NCBI RefSeq assembly: GCF_021028975.2 | Contig: NC_059433.1 | Span: 29,264,001 to 29,328,000, forward strand | Direction of reading: 5' to 3' | Source of the DNA: Sphaerodactylus townsendi | Lineage: Eukaryota | Length of the DNA: 64,000 nucleotides | Shown here: positions 13,308 to 24,674 of the stretch, one piece after another | Layout: the number at the start of each line of letters is the position of its first letter | How positions within the stretch are numbered: the stretch's first letter is position 1 | Notes under the pieces: model-generated | Databases searched by the model: none | Seen by the model: only the letters and a program-made list of their open reading frames with translations | Told to the model about the DNA's origin: nothing | Program-made: the position numbers and the translations under genes

Positions 13308-13505
13308 CAGTGGTTCTCAACCTTCCTAATGCCGCAACCCTTTAATACAGTTCCTCATGTTGAGTTGACCCCCAACCATAAAATTATTTGTGTCTCGGTT
13401 GCTAAGACCATTGGAAATATGTGCTTTCCGATGGTCTTAGGCGACCCCTGTGAAAGGGTTGTTCAACCCCCAAAGGGGTCGCGACCCACAGGTTGAGAAC
13501 TGCTG
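13308..13505. mobile_element. hAT MITE, SPIN/URR1-like
   Basis: CAGTGGTTCTCAACCTTCCTAATGCCGCAACCCTTTAATACAGTTCCTCATG...GGTTGAGAACTGCTG; perfect 8-bp TSD GTCTAAAG (13300-13307, 13506-13513). Confidence 0.9.
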
Positions 13506-13717
13506 GTCTAAAGCATTAAATGACTCCTTGATAAATATGGTTTTCCTTCATTGTGACCAGCAAACCCACCCCCTGCCCCTAATGTATGTGTTAAGTGCCA
13601 TCAAGTCACAGCTGACTTACGGTGCCCCCAGCAAGTGGCTTTCAAGACAAATAAGAAGCAGAGGTGGTTTGCCACTGCCTTCCTCTGCAATCTTCCTTTG
13701 TGATCTCCCTTCCAAAT

Positions 13718-14020
13718 AGAAGAAGAAGAAGAGTTTGGATTTATATCCCCCCTTTCTCTCCTGCAGGAGACTCAAAGGGGCGTACAATCTCCTTGCCCTT
13801 CCCCCCTCACAACAAACACCCTGTGAGGTAGGTGGGGCTGAGAGAGCTCCGAGAAGCTGTGACTAGCCCAAGGTCACCCAGCTGGCGTGTGTGGGAGTGT
13901 ACAGGCTAATCTGAATTCCCCAGATAAGCCTCCACAGCTCAGGCGGCAAAGCTGGGAATCAAACCCGGTTCCTCCAGATTAGATACACGAGCTCTTAACC
14001 TCCTATGCCACTGCTGCTCC
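13718..14020 (-). mobile_element. tRNA-derived SINE (Squam3-like), near full length
   Basis: The minus strand has Pol III A/B-box-like sequence (GTGGCATAGGAGG...GGTTTGATTCCC) and a (CTT)n tail. Sibling copies occur elsewhere in the window. Confidence 0.75.
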
Positions 14021-16660
14021 TGCTTGAGACTGGGCTATACTAGGCTGCCTCCCCCACCCCAAAGCTATATAAAACTACATAGCTACACTTAATTCCTCTC
14101 ATGACATCTTCCATTCCCCATGCAGTCCCTGCTATCCTCAGCTTAGCTTTTTGAATGGTCTACTCTAGAGGGTCCCCTCACCTGATTTCAGCAGTGAAAA
14201 AGCTGGCTGCATCCAACTGGAACACCTCTTCTCCAAAGCATCCTTTTGAAATACACTGTGTTCCTAAGATTTATGAAGAGCCCTTTGCAGCTGATGTCTG
14301 CTATCCTTCCTGCTCATCATCTAGAAAGCAAAGTGGCAATTTCAAGAGAAACGGTTGAACATTAACTTCAGAATACCAAATGGGTAGCTGATCTATTGAA
14401 CACAATGATCCCTCAAAAGGAAATTGTAAGGTCAGGGGCTGAACTTTGAATGCTGGAATTTATCAAGTTACTTTTTAAACCTTTTTGCTTGCCAAGAATG
14501 GAATCAAAATATAATTATGCTGAAGTTCAATTTAGTTCAGCAGGACAGCATTATTCTGTTGAGACCAGTCAGACTATAAAGTGATCAACTTAACCTGGAT
14601 GGCACTGGTACCTGTTTGTTTTATGGAAAATACCAGCATCCTTATGTTTTTGCTAAAGCACGTTCCTGTGGGAAATGAAAATAACTGCATTGTGCATGTC
14701 TACTTCGTATTAATGTCAGTTTTCCCTTAATAAAATCATGTAGATGCCTACTATATAAATAAAAGGTTTTCAAAAGTAACCTGATTTCTTCATAGCCTTT
14801 ACTCACAAGCTGCAGTGCTAATGCTGCAGTTCTGTGAATAAAGTGATAAACTACTGGCGACACAGATGGAAAAATCCACTTACAATCGCAACTGTGGTAA
14901 AGTGGGTCAGAATTAGCCTATAGTCATACGGACCTTCATTAAGAGTTTAATACAAAAATAATAATCACCTCTTTGAGCTTCAGTGATAAAATTATCGAAC
15001 ACAAGATAACACGTAGTTGGAAAAGCCTGCATACAAACCACGAAATTTCCATGTAGGGTTATAATATACTAAGGAAGAAAACAAAACATGTGTCAATTAG
15101 TGTCCACAGTTTTTCAACAGGGAAATTAATTCCCTACAATGTGTTATTTGTATTGGAGATCTGACAGAGCTGCTGTAGCAAGGGGGGACTGCGCCCGGGG
15201 CACATGTGTGCCCTGCGCCCCCGCCACACCTCCGCCCCCCACCGTGCACAGGCGTGCACCCGAGGCAAGACACTCCCCCGTCCCCTGGGCGCTACGTGAC
15301 GTCACTGTGGATCTGGTCCCTCACAATTAAAGCAATATTGACAGTAAAAAAACCTATCCAAAAGTGAATGATTCGCAGAAATAGATCATTACAAAGTGCA
15401 CCAGCAATGATTCCGTGATCAGAAGTGCTAGCTTTTATGTATTGGTTTTGCAGAACTGCCTCAGGGAGGCAAGATCACGAGTGCGGGTTTGGCTTACTTC
15501 CTGAGAGAAAACTTTCTTAATAGTCAGTCCTGTTTGGGCTCAATGTTTATTATGTACACATATTATTGTATTTAATTACCGGTAACAGCGTTGTGCTGGA
15601 ACGCTGCACTCATCTGTATTACTACGGCATCCATATTTTGTACTAAAGTCCTGATGACTATAGTTTAATTCTGATGAGCTTTATCACATTTGCAAATGTA
15701 ATGGAACTTCTGTAAATAAGCATTTTGGTTGGTAATTTTAAAAGACTTGCTGTCCCTTTCCCCCCTCCCCTCCTTGCTAATTTTAAATCATTATGTCACA
15801 GATGGTTCAGCTTTTAGCTTGATATGAGAAATCTGACAGGATAGTCAGTTGGTAGTGGTCAGCAACCTATTTATATTCAAAACTCAGAAACTGTGTTCTT
15901 AGTTAGGAAACTCAAATAGCTTTGGAAGGCTGCAAGCCCGCCGCTCAGTTCTGTGTTCCCGCTTGATGTAACTAGCACCATCAGAAGGCACCATTGGCAG
16001 GCAACATGCACAGTGCTTCAGAAATTGATTTCAAATCTAAAATGTATAACATGATGTAACATTTCTGTATTCTTCAGAAGAATCAAGTGATATCTGTTAA
16101 GTAAAGCAGGATAGTATTCAGTTACGGCTTAATATCCAGTGACAGCTTTTTATCTGTTTGAATATGAATATTATAAAGTTTCGCTTCAAAGCTATATAGT
16201 ATTTTTAGTGCAACTTAGGCAAGGAATTATATTCTCAACTACTGTATGTTCCTTGTCCTACAAATAGGATGCACACATATCGATTTTGCAGAGGTCAAGT
16301 GCTGGACTTGTTTTACACAGAATTTTTAAACGAGGGATCGACTCAGGAGTTTGGGCTAAGCACCTTGCATGTAACATTTCATAGATTTAAACCAACATAT
16401 AAGCTTGAAGGCAGCTTTGCGCCAGTCTGGCATGATCTTCAACATCAGTCTTTCATGCTCACATCCACACGTACAAAAGCCACCTTCTCTCTGTATCCAT
16501 ACTGGTCTTGGGACTGATAAATATTGGATGTTCTCCAATGAGGCTTACTGCGGTATCTTTAAATACCTTTTATGTGTGTGCGAGTTGTCAAGTAAGGTTG
16601 TTGAGGCAAACGACGTTGGAAGGTAGTTTGCCATTGCTTGCCTCCTTGTAGGCTGGGAGT

Positions 16661-16943
16661 GAGAAGAAGAGTTGGGTTTATATCCCCCCCCTTTCTCTCC
16701 TGCAAGGAGACTCAAGGCAGCTTACAAACTCCTTTCCCTTCCTTTTCCCCACAACAGACACCTTGTGAGGTAGGTGGGCTGACAGTTCTGAATGAACTGG
16801 GACTAGCCCAAGATTACCCAGCAGAAATGTAGGAGTGTGGAAACAAATTTCACCAGATAGTTGCTCATGTGGAGAACTGCGGAATCAAACCTGATTCTCC
16901 AGATTAGCATCCGCCTGCTCTTAACCACACCAAGGTGGCTCTC
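16661..16943 (-). mobile_element. tRNA-derived SINE, same family as 13718-14020
   Basis: Shares AGAAGAGTTGGGTTTATATCCCCCC...CACCTTGTGAGGTAGGTGGGCTGA...GACTAGCCCAAG with the 13.7 kb copy. Confidence 0.75.
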
Positions 16944-17189
16944 ATTAAGACTCTAAACAGCGTGGAATTGGCATACTTCAAAGACTACCACTTCCTATAC
17001 AATCCAGGCCACCAGTGAAGTTCCTTTTCAGAGTCCCTGCTCTTTCTGCCCCTGCTTGCAGAGAGGTGGTTGGTGGTGACTACAGGCAGGGATTTCCAGT
17101 GGTGGCCAGACCTTTGGAATGCTTTCCCCTTGAGACTCACCTGCCATGTACCTTACTGTCCTTTAGGCACCAAGCCAAATCATTTATTT

Positions 17190-17425
17190 AGAAGTGAGGA
17201 AGAGGAGTTTGTGTTTATACCCCACCTTTCTCTCCTGTAAGGAGACTCAAGGTGGCTTACAAGGTGTGGCTGAGAGAGTTGTGAAGAACTGTGACTAGCC
17301 CAAGGTCACCCAGCAGGAATGTAGGAGTGCGGAAACATATCTGGTTCACTAGATAAGCCTCTGCCACTCAGGTGGAGGAGTGGGGAATCAAGCCTGGTTC
17401 TCCAGGTTAACTACTACACCACACT
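17190..17425 (-). mobile_element. tRNA-derived SINE, same family, internally deleted
   Basis: GAGGAGTTTGTGTTTATACCCCACC...GAACTGTGACTAGCCCAAGGTCACCCAGC...GGGGAATCAA. Confidence 0.7.
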
Positions 17426-18027
17426 GAACTTATACCCTGCCTCCTCCGCAGTGGGGACCCAAAGTAGTTTATATCGCTCTCCTCTCATGTGTTCCTCATA
17501 ACAAGTATGTGAAGTAGGTTAGGCTGGGAATGTGACTGGCTAAGTTTACTCAGCAAGCTTCCATGGCCTAGCAGGGCTTTAAATCAGAGTCTCCCATATC
17601 CTTGCGTGACACACTAACTGCTATACTATACTGATTTCTGTCTGGCCTGAGGCATGTTGTATGAACATCATTTTAGCCTCTTCAGTGTTTGTGCTGCTTT
17701 TATGCCCTGGCTTGTTTATTGTTGATAACTGTTTTGAGCTTTTTAAAAACAATTTTATTGTATTGTTTTTATTTTGTGAGCTGTCTCAGAGAGATCTCTG
17801 ACAAATTACATAAATTTTTGAAAAACAAGCAAACAGCAGACAGGATTGGGAAGCCAGCCATTGTGCTCAAAGACTTGGTTATAAAATTTTAATAACGTAA
17901 GCACAGGAAATAGTCACAGTATGGGAGCACTTATGAGAAGCCATAATGGCAATGACTTGTTATTGCCTTTTAAATGATTACTTATAGCTTAATGTCCTTT
18001 TGCGAATTGTTATATTTTCTGTCAAAA

Positions 18028-21000
18028 TCAATTGGGATACACTTCGCTTGGAATGGGACGATCATTCAGAACAGCCAGAATGTTTTCTACTGCTTCTTCT
18101 GTCATCATACGTAGAGCTTGCACTGTAGCAGTTCCAATATGAGGAGTTATAATAACATTCTTCAATTGTAGTAGCTGATGGTCTCTACAAAGAAGGCGAG
18201 AGAAAATAATCAGAGATGACCCGGTGTGAGCTACACAGGTCAATTAGTACGGAACCCAATCTTATGAATGCACTGGAAAAGACTCCATGCTTTTAAAAAG
18301 TGAGGTTAGCTTTCACTGCATTATCTTCACTGTTATACTACCACATGGTATTAGGAACTGTATCACTCCAGTCTTTTTCCATCTAGACTAGCTCCCAATT
18401 TACTTCTGAGCCTAATTTCTAAATGCTGGTATTGACTTTTAAAGCCATAGGTGGCTTGGTACCAGCAATCTGAATGACTGCCTACTTCCATAGGGGCCTA
18501 CCTGTCTACTCCAGTCATCTTCTGAGGACCTGCTTTGGGTACCTCCCCTACTGGAGACTAGATGGGTGGCAACCTGAGAAAGGGCCTTCTTGGCTGTGGC
18601 ACCAAAACTTTGAAACTCCCTCCTCAGGATGATTTGTCTGTCTCCCTCTATCATGGTCTTTCACCTGCAGGTGAAGTTTTGTTTTGTTTGTTTTTGGCCT
18701 CCCTGTTTGTGTTATGTTTGTTTGTGTTTATATGCTTTATTGAACTGTTCAATTATTTTACGTATACGTTAATTTTATGCTATTTTATGTTAACTTTTAT
18801 GTATACTTTATTTTTATGCTGTTTTAATGGGGAAATGTTTCCATGTTCACAGCCTCGGAGACCCTATTTGGGTGGAAAGACAATATAGAAATTTGGGTGC
18901 TGTGTGGTTTCCGGGCTGTATGGCCGTGTTCTAGCAGCATTCTCTCGTGACGTTTCGCCTGCATCTGTGGCTGGCATCTTCAGAGGATCTGATGTTGGAA
19001 AAGCAAGTGGAGTATATATATCTGTTGGAGTGTCCAGGGTGGGTGGAGAAACATTGTCTGTGAGTAACAAAGAAGGCAACCAGGTCAATAGTTGAGGGCA
19101 TCTGAATAGAAGTATGAGTAACAATGAAGACTATAGCATGGGAGTAACACAGGAGATAGCAAGGTCACTGGTGGGAGCATCTGAATAGAAGTATCCTGGC
19201 CTTTGTTTCTTTTGTCTATGGTCATCCTGTGTTTGTGTGGAGCTGGTTAGACACTGTCTTGACTCTAGTATTTTTCAACACTGGCAGCCAAGTTCTGTTC
19301 ATTTTCATAGTTCCTTCCTTTCTGTTAAAATTGTCCATGTGCTCCCATGCTTTTTTCCCCTTTAATCAGAGTATGGCCAATGAAATACATGCTATTTAAT
19401 GTCTGACATCATTCATTCAGGATAAAAGAACGATCAAAAGCTTGTTGTAGTTCACCTTGGCAATGGTTCAGGGTCTGTGACATCCAAAGCTGCAGCCTTA
19501 ATGATCCCATTTTGCAGTGCTTCTGCCAAAGCATCTTGATCAACTACTGCACCTAATACGGAGGAAACGATAACATCAAGAATCAAGATAAAACAAGCCT
19601 TATAGAGGCTGGCTATCCATTACAAGACTCCCCGGCATATTTATATCGAAGTGCATGCCAGTGTCCTATGGCTTTTACTCACAAACAAATGTGCTCAGGG
19701 TTGCAAGAGTGGGAAGGGGGGAGGGATATGACACCATCTAACGCTATATGGTTCCTGGTTTTATTGAGTTTGTATACTGTGTTTTAAAGCTGTCTTTTAT
19801 ATTATGGTTGTTCACTGCCCTGAGCCCCTCAGGGGAGGGCAGTCTATACGCCCAATAAATGAATGAATGAACTGTACAACATAGCTAAGGGTCTTTTCAA
19901 AAGATCCTACATACATGACTAGTAACATGCAAAATGCATGTTGTTCCAAAAGTTCTGTGACAGCAATGCTTAACATATTTATCTCGCTGTAGTTCTATTC
20001 AGTTCCTTGAAGTTGTTACAGATTAAGTGAATAAGCTGTGGACTGGAGTCTAATTCTGCCGTTGCTCTGGCTCTCCTGTTTGCAACTAGATTAGGAAGTT
20101 ATGCAATCCACAGCTGGGCGAATTGCAGTGTCATCAACGCTTGTGGTGCTTTACTTTCTCCCTTTTGTGGAACTCGAGGAGGAGAACGAAGAGTTTCTAG
20201 AAAGCCTCCCTCCCAGGCTACAACCAGACCTGGACCTTTGTTCAAACTGACGCGTTTGAACAAAAATGCTACCCTGTGGATGAAGAATGAGATGAGGACA
20301 GCTCTCTGCAGAGCCTTTTTCCTATATCGTCGTTTCTGAGAGAAGCCAGGTTAATCCTTGACACTTTAGATCAGATTCCTGGCTACATCCCTGTTCCATT
20401 GAAGCTGATGCAATGAAGCACATTTTGTGCACGCACGCACAAAATAATGAGAAAGGATAGAGTACGTACAAAATTACAGCTCTCAGAAAAGCAAGTGCTT
20501 ATATGGAAGCCTGCACACACATCCTACCTCTGCAGATGTTGATGAGGATAGCCGTGGGCTTCATCAGCCCCAGCTCCTTTTTACCGATCAGCTTGTGCGT
20601 CTCCGATGTCAGGTTCACAACCAGCATCACAAAGTCCGACCGTTGGAGCAGCTCTTCTATGGTTTTACAATAAGTAGCACCAACTACCTGTTCTTCCTCT
20701 TTTCTGGAGGGAAGAAATGAGACAATAATCACATAAGTGTCCCTTGTTGTTCACCCATAGGATTAAGGGGATCACCCACTTGGCACCATCTGGTACGATT
20801 TTGTTATTGCATTTTAATTATGTTTGATATTTATTAATACGTGGCTGTATAGTTTTATGATTGCTAGCCACCCTGAGTCGGAAAGTGTGGGTTAGAGAAA
20901 TCAAATCAGTAAATACATACAGACAAATGACTCAGTGCTCAAGCTGTTTGGGAAGCACAAATACTCGCCACGGAGATGTGACCTCCTTGCCAATTTTTTA

Positions 21001-23545
21001 CAGCAAGTGTTTATTTTGGGCCTGAAGGCAACATTCCAAGCCACACATATCTCTGAAGCCACACCACAGATACTTGTATATCTTTCTGAAGATGGTAGGC
21101 TTCACTGAAGGATGCTGGCTGACAGTGAGCATATAAGGATTTAGCATATAGGAGTCAACACTGATTTCTGTCCAGCAATGCTATTTTCTTTATGAAAACA
21201 GTAATGATGGAGCATATTTCCATGAAGTATATTTCCATGAAAATATAAGTGTCTGAGTGACCTACAACTCTTGTGTTGATTACCCATTCTGGGGATAAAT
21301 AGAACAATCCATTATTTTTGTTACGTGTTTCCCCCAGTTTATGCAGCATCCTCGCTAGAACCACAGTAAAAACAAAATAGTGGGGATTAAAAAAAAGACG
21401 AGAAAGTAATTTGATTCTGTTCTTTGCCTATTGGCTTCTTTGTTTGCATGCTACATTTGATATACCCTACACAGCAGTTAATGTAGGGAGTGTCTCATAA
21501 AACTCTGGTTCGCATTTTGATGGGGAGAGTAAACCAGTTGAAAAGGGTCATGTTGCAATGACTTTCTCATCTTATGAGCATATGAAAACAGGCCCCAAAG
21601 CACAGCTGCAGACTAATTTTGTTGTTCCTTTCACTTGCATACTGACACATAGCAATAATTTGCAGAGTTCTGTAGAGGTCAGGAAGCTTGTGGCAGATTG
21701 ACTAGTGCCCATTTACCTGCGGTTCCTGTTGTGATACAGAATGTTCATGTCAAAAGCTTTTGCTCTCTTGGCCACCTTATATCCAATGTTGCCCATCCCA
21801 ATGATACCAAGGGTGGCCCGGGTGACTTCTACTCCTAACCAGTCAACACAAAAATGTTTGGTCTGTGGAGACATTGCAATGTCACAGCCTAAAAAAATGC
21901 AACAAAAATCCAAACAGTGGGAAGTAAGAAATAAAGAACTGATCCTTGCAAACTGTTTATTCTAGACAGGAGAAATGAAATAAGGTATCTGCCCTCTTGA
22001 GACAACTCCTCTCAAACTCACCAGAGCTCTTTGTGAAGATATAATTCTGCTTATTTATTCACAGAAATAAGCTTATAACCCAGCGAGATGATAATTCAAT
22101 GGCACATGGTACATATATATGCCAGTATTTTCACAATGTACATCCAGTTAAAAGCTCTTAAATGGCATATTGAGAAAACATGTAGCAAGCATTTAGAGAG
22201 GTGGTACCATCCACAAATGAGAATCACAGAGCTAGATGGATCTGGGCAGCCCTATCCACAGGCCCTTTGGGAGCAGTCGCCTTACCGTGTTGCTCCCAAA
22301 GGGGCTTCCTGATGGTGCTGCCACTGAGAAGCTCCATTGCCCCACACCCGCCTTACGCTGCTGGCTAAGTTGGAACTCACAGGCACCAGCGTAATGTGAT
22401 GACTGGCTGGAAGGAAGCCCCTGGCCATGCCCTTGCTATGCTGGCGTCAGTGCCCCAGGGAGGGCATTTTGGGTGGTGGAAACCCATACCGCTTCCACCA
22501 GTGGTTTCAGCCCCCACTCTGTGAAGGGATGTCATGCTGAAGAGGGAGCAAGCCTGTTTTCTGCTGCTTCGAAGATTAGGACAAAAAGTAATGGATTCAA
22601 GATACAGGAAAGAGATTCCACCTAAATCTTAGGAAGAACTTTCTGACAGCAAGGGCTGTTTGACAGTGGAAGAATGAATCAAGTGAATTCACTGCCACAA
22701 TGAAAGCAGCATTCGCTACTTGGTTCATCCTTCCACTGCTGTGGCAAACTGCACTCCTCCAGATTCAGGAGCTGCCTTTCAGGGTCCTCTTGAAGAGCAG
22801 AGAGAAAGGAGCATCTTTTGACAGACTTAGGGGCCATAGCTGGAAAGGCCCAGCTCTTAGCCTCTAACCAACAATGCACATGGGAGGAGAACCCCATTGG
22901 CTGACTGAAAGTAGCAGGAGGACCACAAGGGGAGAGGTGGACTCATCATTTCCCAGAAAAGGAATTGTCTGTGCTGCATGATATTGATCATCTCAAACAC
23001 GTGCTAAACATTTCAAACACACAGGAGTGTTACTGGACTACCAAAGGACTAAAATGGCATGGAGATAGGTGGGCAACATGATGGATATAGATAACCAAGG
23101 CCAGACACATTGGCGGGGCTGGCCGTTTGTTTGAATAACTCCAACAAACTGCCAAAAACTTACCTTCCACAAGTCTCCTGGCAGAGGCCAGCATTAAGGC
23201 CATGCCTATATCTGCGGTGGAATCAGAAACAGCATGCGGAGTATTGGTTATTTTCACTCCAAAGCTAGAAATCAGTTTCAGATCCAAGTGATTCACACCT
23301 ACTCCTGAGTTTCCAATCACCCTGAGGTCTGGCAAGCTTTCAAGAAGCTCCCGGTCAACGAGGGGTCTGCCTTCAAATACAAAAACAGACTTGATCTTTT
23401 CACGCAGCTCTTCCTTGCTTTTTTGAAATTCCTTCATCGTGATGAGATTGAAGTGCATCTTGAGGAACTCCACATGGCTTTCCAGGACACCAAACGGCCC
23501 TCCTATTTCAGAGACCAAAATACCAGGCAACTCTTTTCTTTCCAT
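18028..23545 (-). CDS. D-2-hydroxyacid dehydrogenase, GhrB/GRHPR-like (probable glyoxylate/2-ketogluconate reductase), paralogue A; 327-aa core
   Basis: Exons complement(23164..23548, ATG at 23545; 21717..21888; 20528..20703; 19456..19552; 18028..18184) give 984 nt in frame, all GT-AG. Motifs: [59 protein letters not shown], so the Arg-Glu-His triad is complete. Confidence 0.93.
18894..19342 (-). mobile_element. Penelope-like element 3' fragment (pseudo-LTR)
   Basis: The minus strand at about 19245-19342 encodes [24 protein letters not shown], resembling the end of a PLE GIY-YIG ORF. It is followed by the CTGAAGATGCCAGCCACAGATGCAGGCGAAACGTC...AGAACACGGCCATACAGCCCGGAAACCACACAGCACCC terminus. 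Confidence 0.8.
18945..18987 (-). ncRNA. Minimal type I hammerhead ribozyme motif (Penelope-borne)
   Basis: UCCU-CUGAAGA-U-GCC(loop)GGC-GAAA-C-GUC-ACGA: conserved core, 3-bp stem II, palindromic ACGU in place of stem III, one stem I mismatch. Confidence 0.65.
22520..22670 (+). mobile_element. CR1 LINE fragment
   Basis: Similar to 12440-12590 (GAAGGGATGTCATGCTGAAG...TTCCACCTAAATCTTAGGAAGAACTTTCTGACAG). Confidence 0.8.
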
Positions 23546-24524
23546 GATCTGAAAACAGGGATGAGAAAGATTCAGATGGAAGCAGAACGTGTAAATGCAC
23601 GGTGTGCTTACTCCTTAGCCCTTGTTGCAAATCTGCAATTAGTGTCTCGTCTGCAAATGTATTTATACTGATGAAGGGGAATTCAAAAGATCTCTATACT
23701 ATCACAAGGTAATCTGACTACTCTCCATCTCTTGACCCTAAAACTATAATTGCAAAATTGTATTCATCGTGCATAATGTAAGAACTGCTTGGATCTAACA
23801 GTTAATGAGAACCTGCAGATTACCGCTGTATTGGCAGTTTCGATTCTGTGTGAGCTTCTTTTACAAATTTACATGCTGTTATTTTTCCAGAAGCACAGAT
23901 ATCAGCTCCTTTAGTCCATGATAGCCAATGTGGCATAGTGGTTAAGAATGCTGGACTAGTATCTGGAAGACCAAAGTTCAAATCCGCACTTGTGCCATGG
24001 AAGTTAACTTCGTAACCTTGGGCCATTACACTCCCAGCCTAATTTATTGTAAGAATAAAGTAGAGAAGAGAAGAATGATGTAAGCTGTTTTGGGGACATA
24101 TCAGAAAGAATTGAAATACAATTGAAATAAATCTTAAAATTCAATTTTAAAAATGAATTACATTTTAAAAATCAATTGAAGCCAAAAGGAGTGGGGGTGG
24201 GGGGAGTTTTCGATGGAGGCTACTTACTGGTGGAAAAAGTTGTAATAGGGCCAATCATGTAACAATAAAAAGGTATTACACTGAACAGGTTATACTTATA
24301 GCTTGTTCATTGAAGCTTGGCTCTAAATAATAACTTTTCACAACAGCAGAGTCACTTCACAGCAAACTGGATGTACACAATAATTTCTTCTTAGCACATC
24401 AAATTTGTTGATCTACGTGAACTACAGAACAACTGAAATAATAATTAGCAACAGAAAGGTTTATGCAAGACCGTTTCTTTTTCTTCCTAGTATTAACCTT
24501 GCCCTGCTTCTTTCTGATACTAAC

Positions 24525-24674
24525 CTTGCTGTTGTTGTTTCGGCTGGTCCTGTAGTTCAGCAGGGAAGTCCTGCTTTTCTTTGTCCTTTTAGACAAATAC
24601 TTGTCAGCCAGTTTCCCCCAGGAAGCAGCCAGGTGAACACACCTTGCCAAGCAGATTGCTTTTACTCGCAACAT
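24525..24674 (-). CDS. Candidate upstream coding exon of paralogue A: 50-aa basic, mitochondrial-presequence-like leader
   Basis: Acceptor CTCTTTCTGGTACAG|24721, ATG at 24674, donor AAG|GTTAGT at 24525 in phase 0, matching the phase-0 acceptor TTTTCAG|ATC ATG at 23548. The peptide has 13 R/K and 1 D. Confidence 0.6.

Noticed and set aside
15297-15304. TGACGTCA CRE as a promoter element of paralogue B
   Set aside because: It lies at the edge of a GC-rich transposon remnant and would be intronic relative to the candidate donor at 15498.
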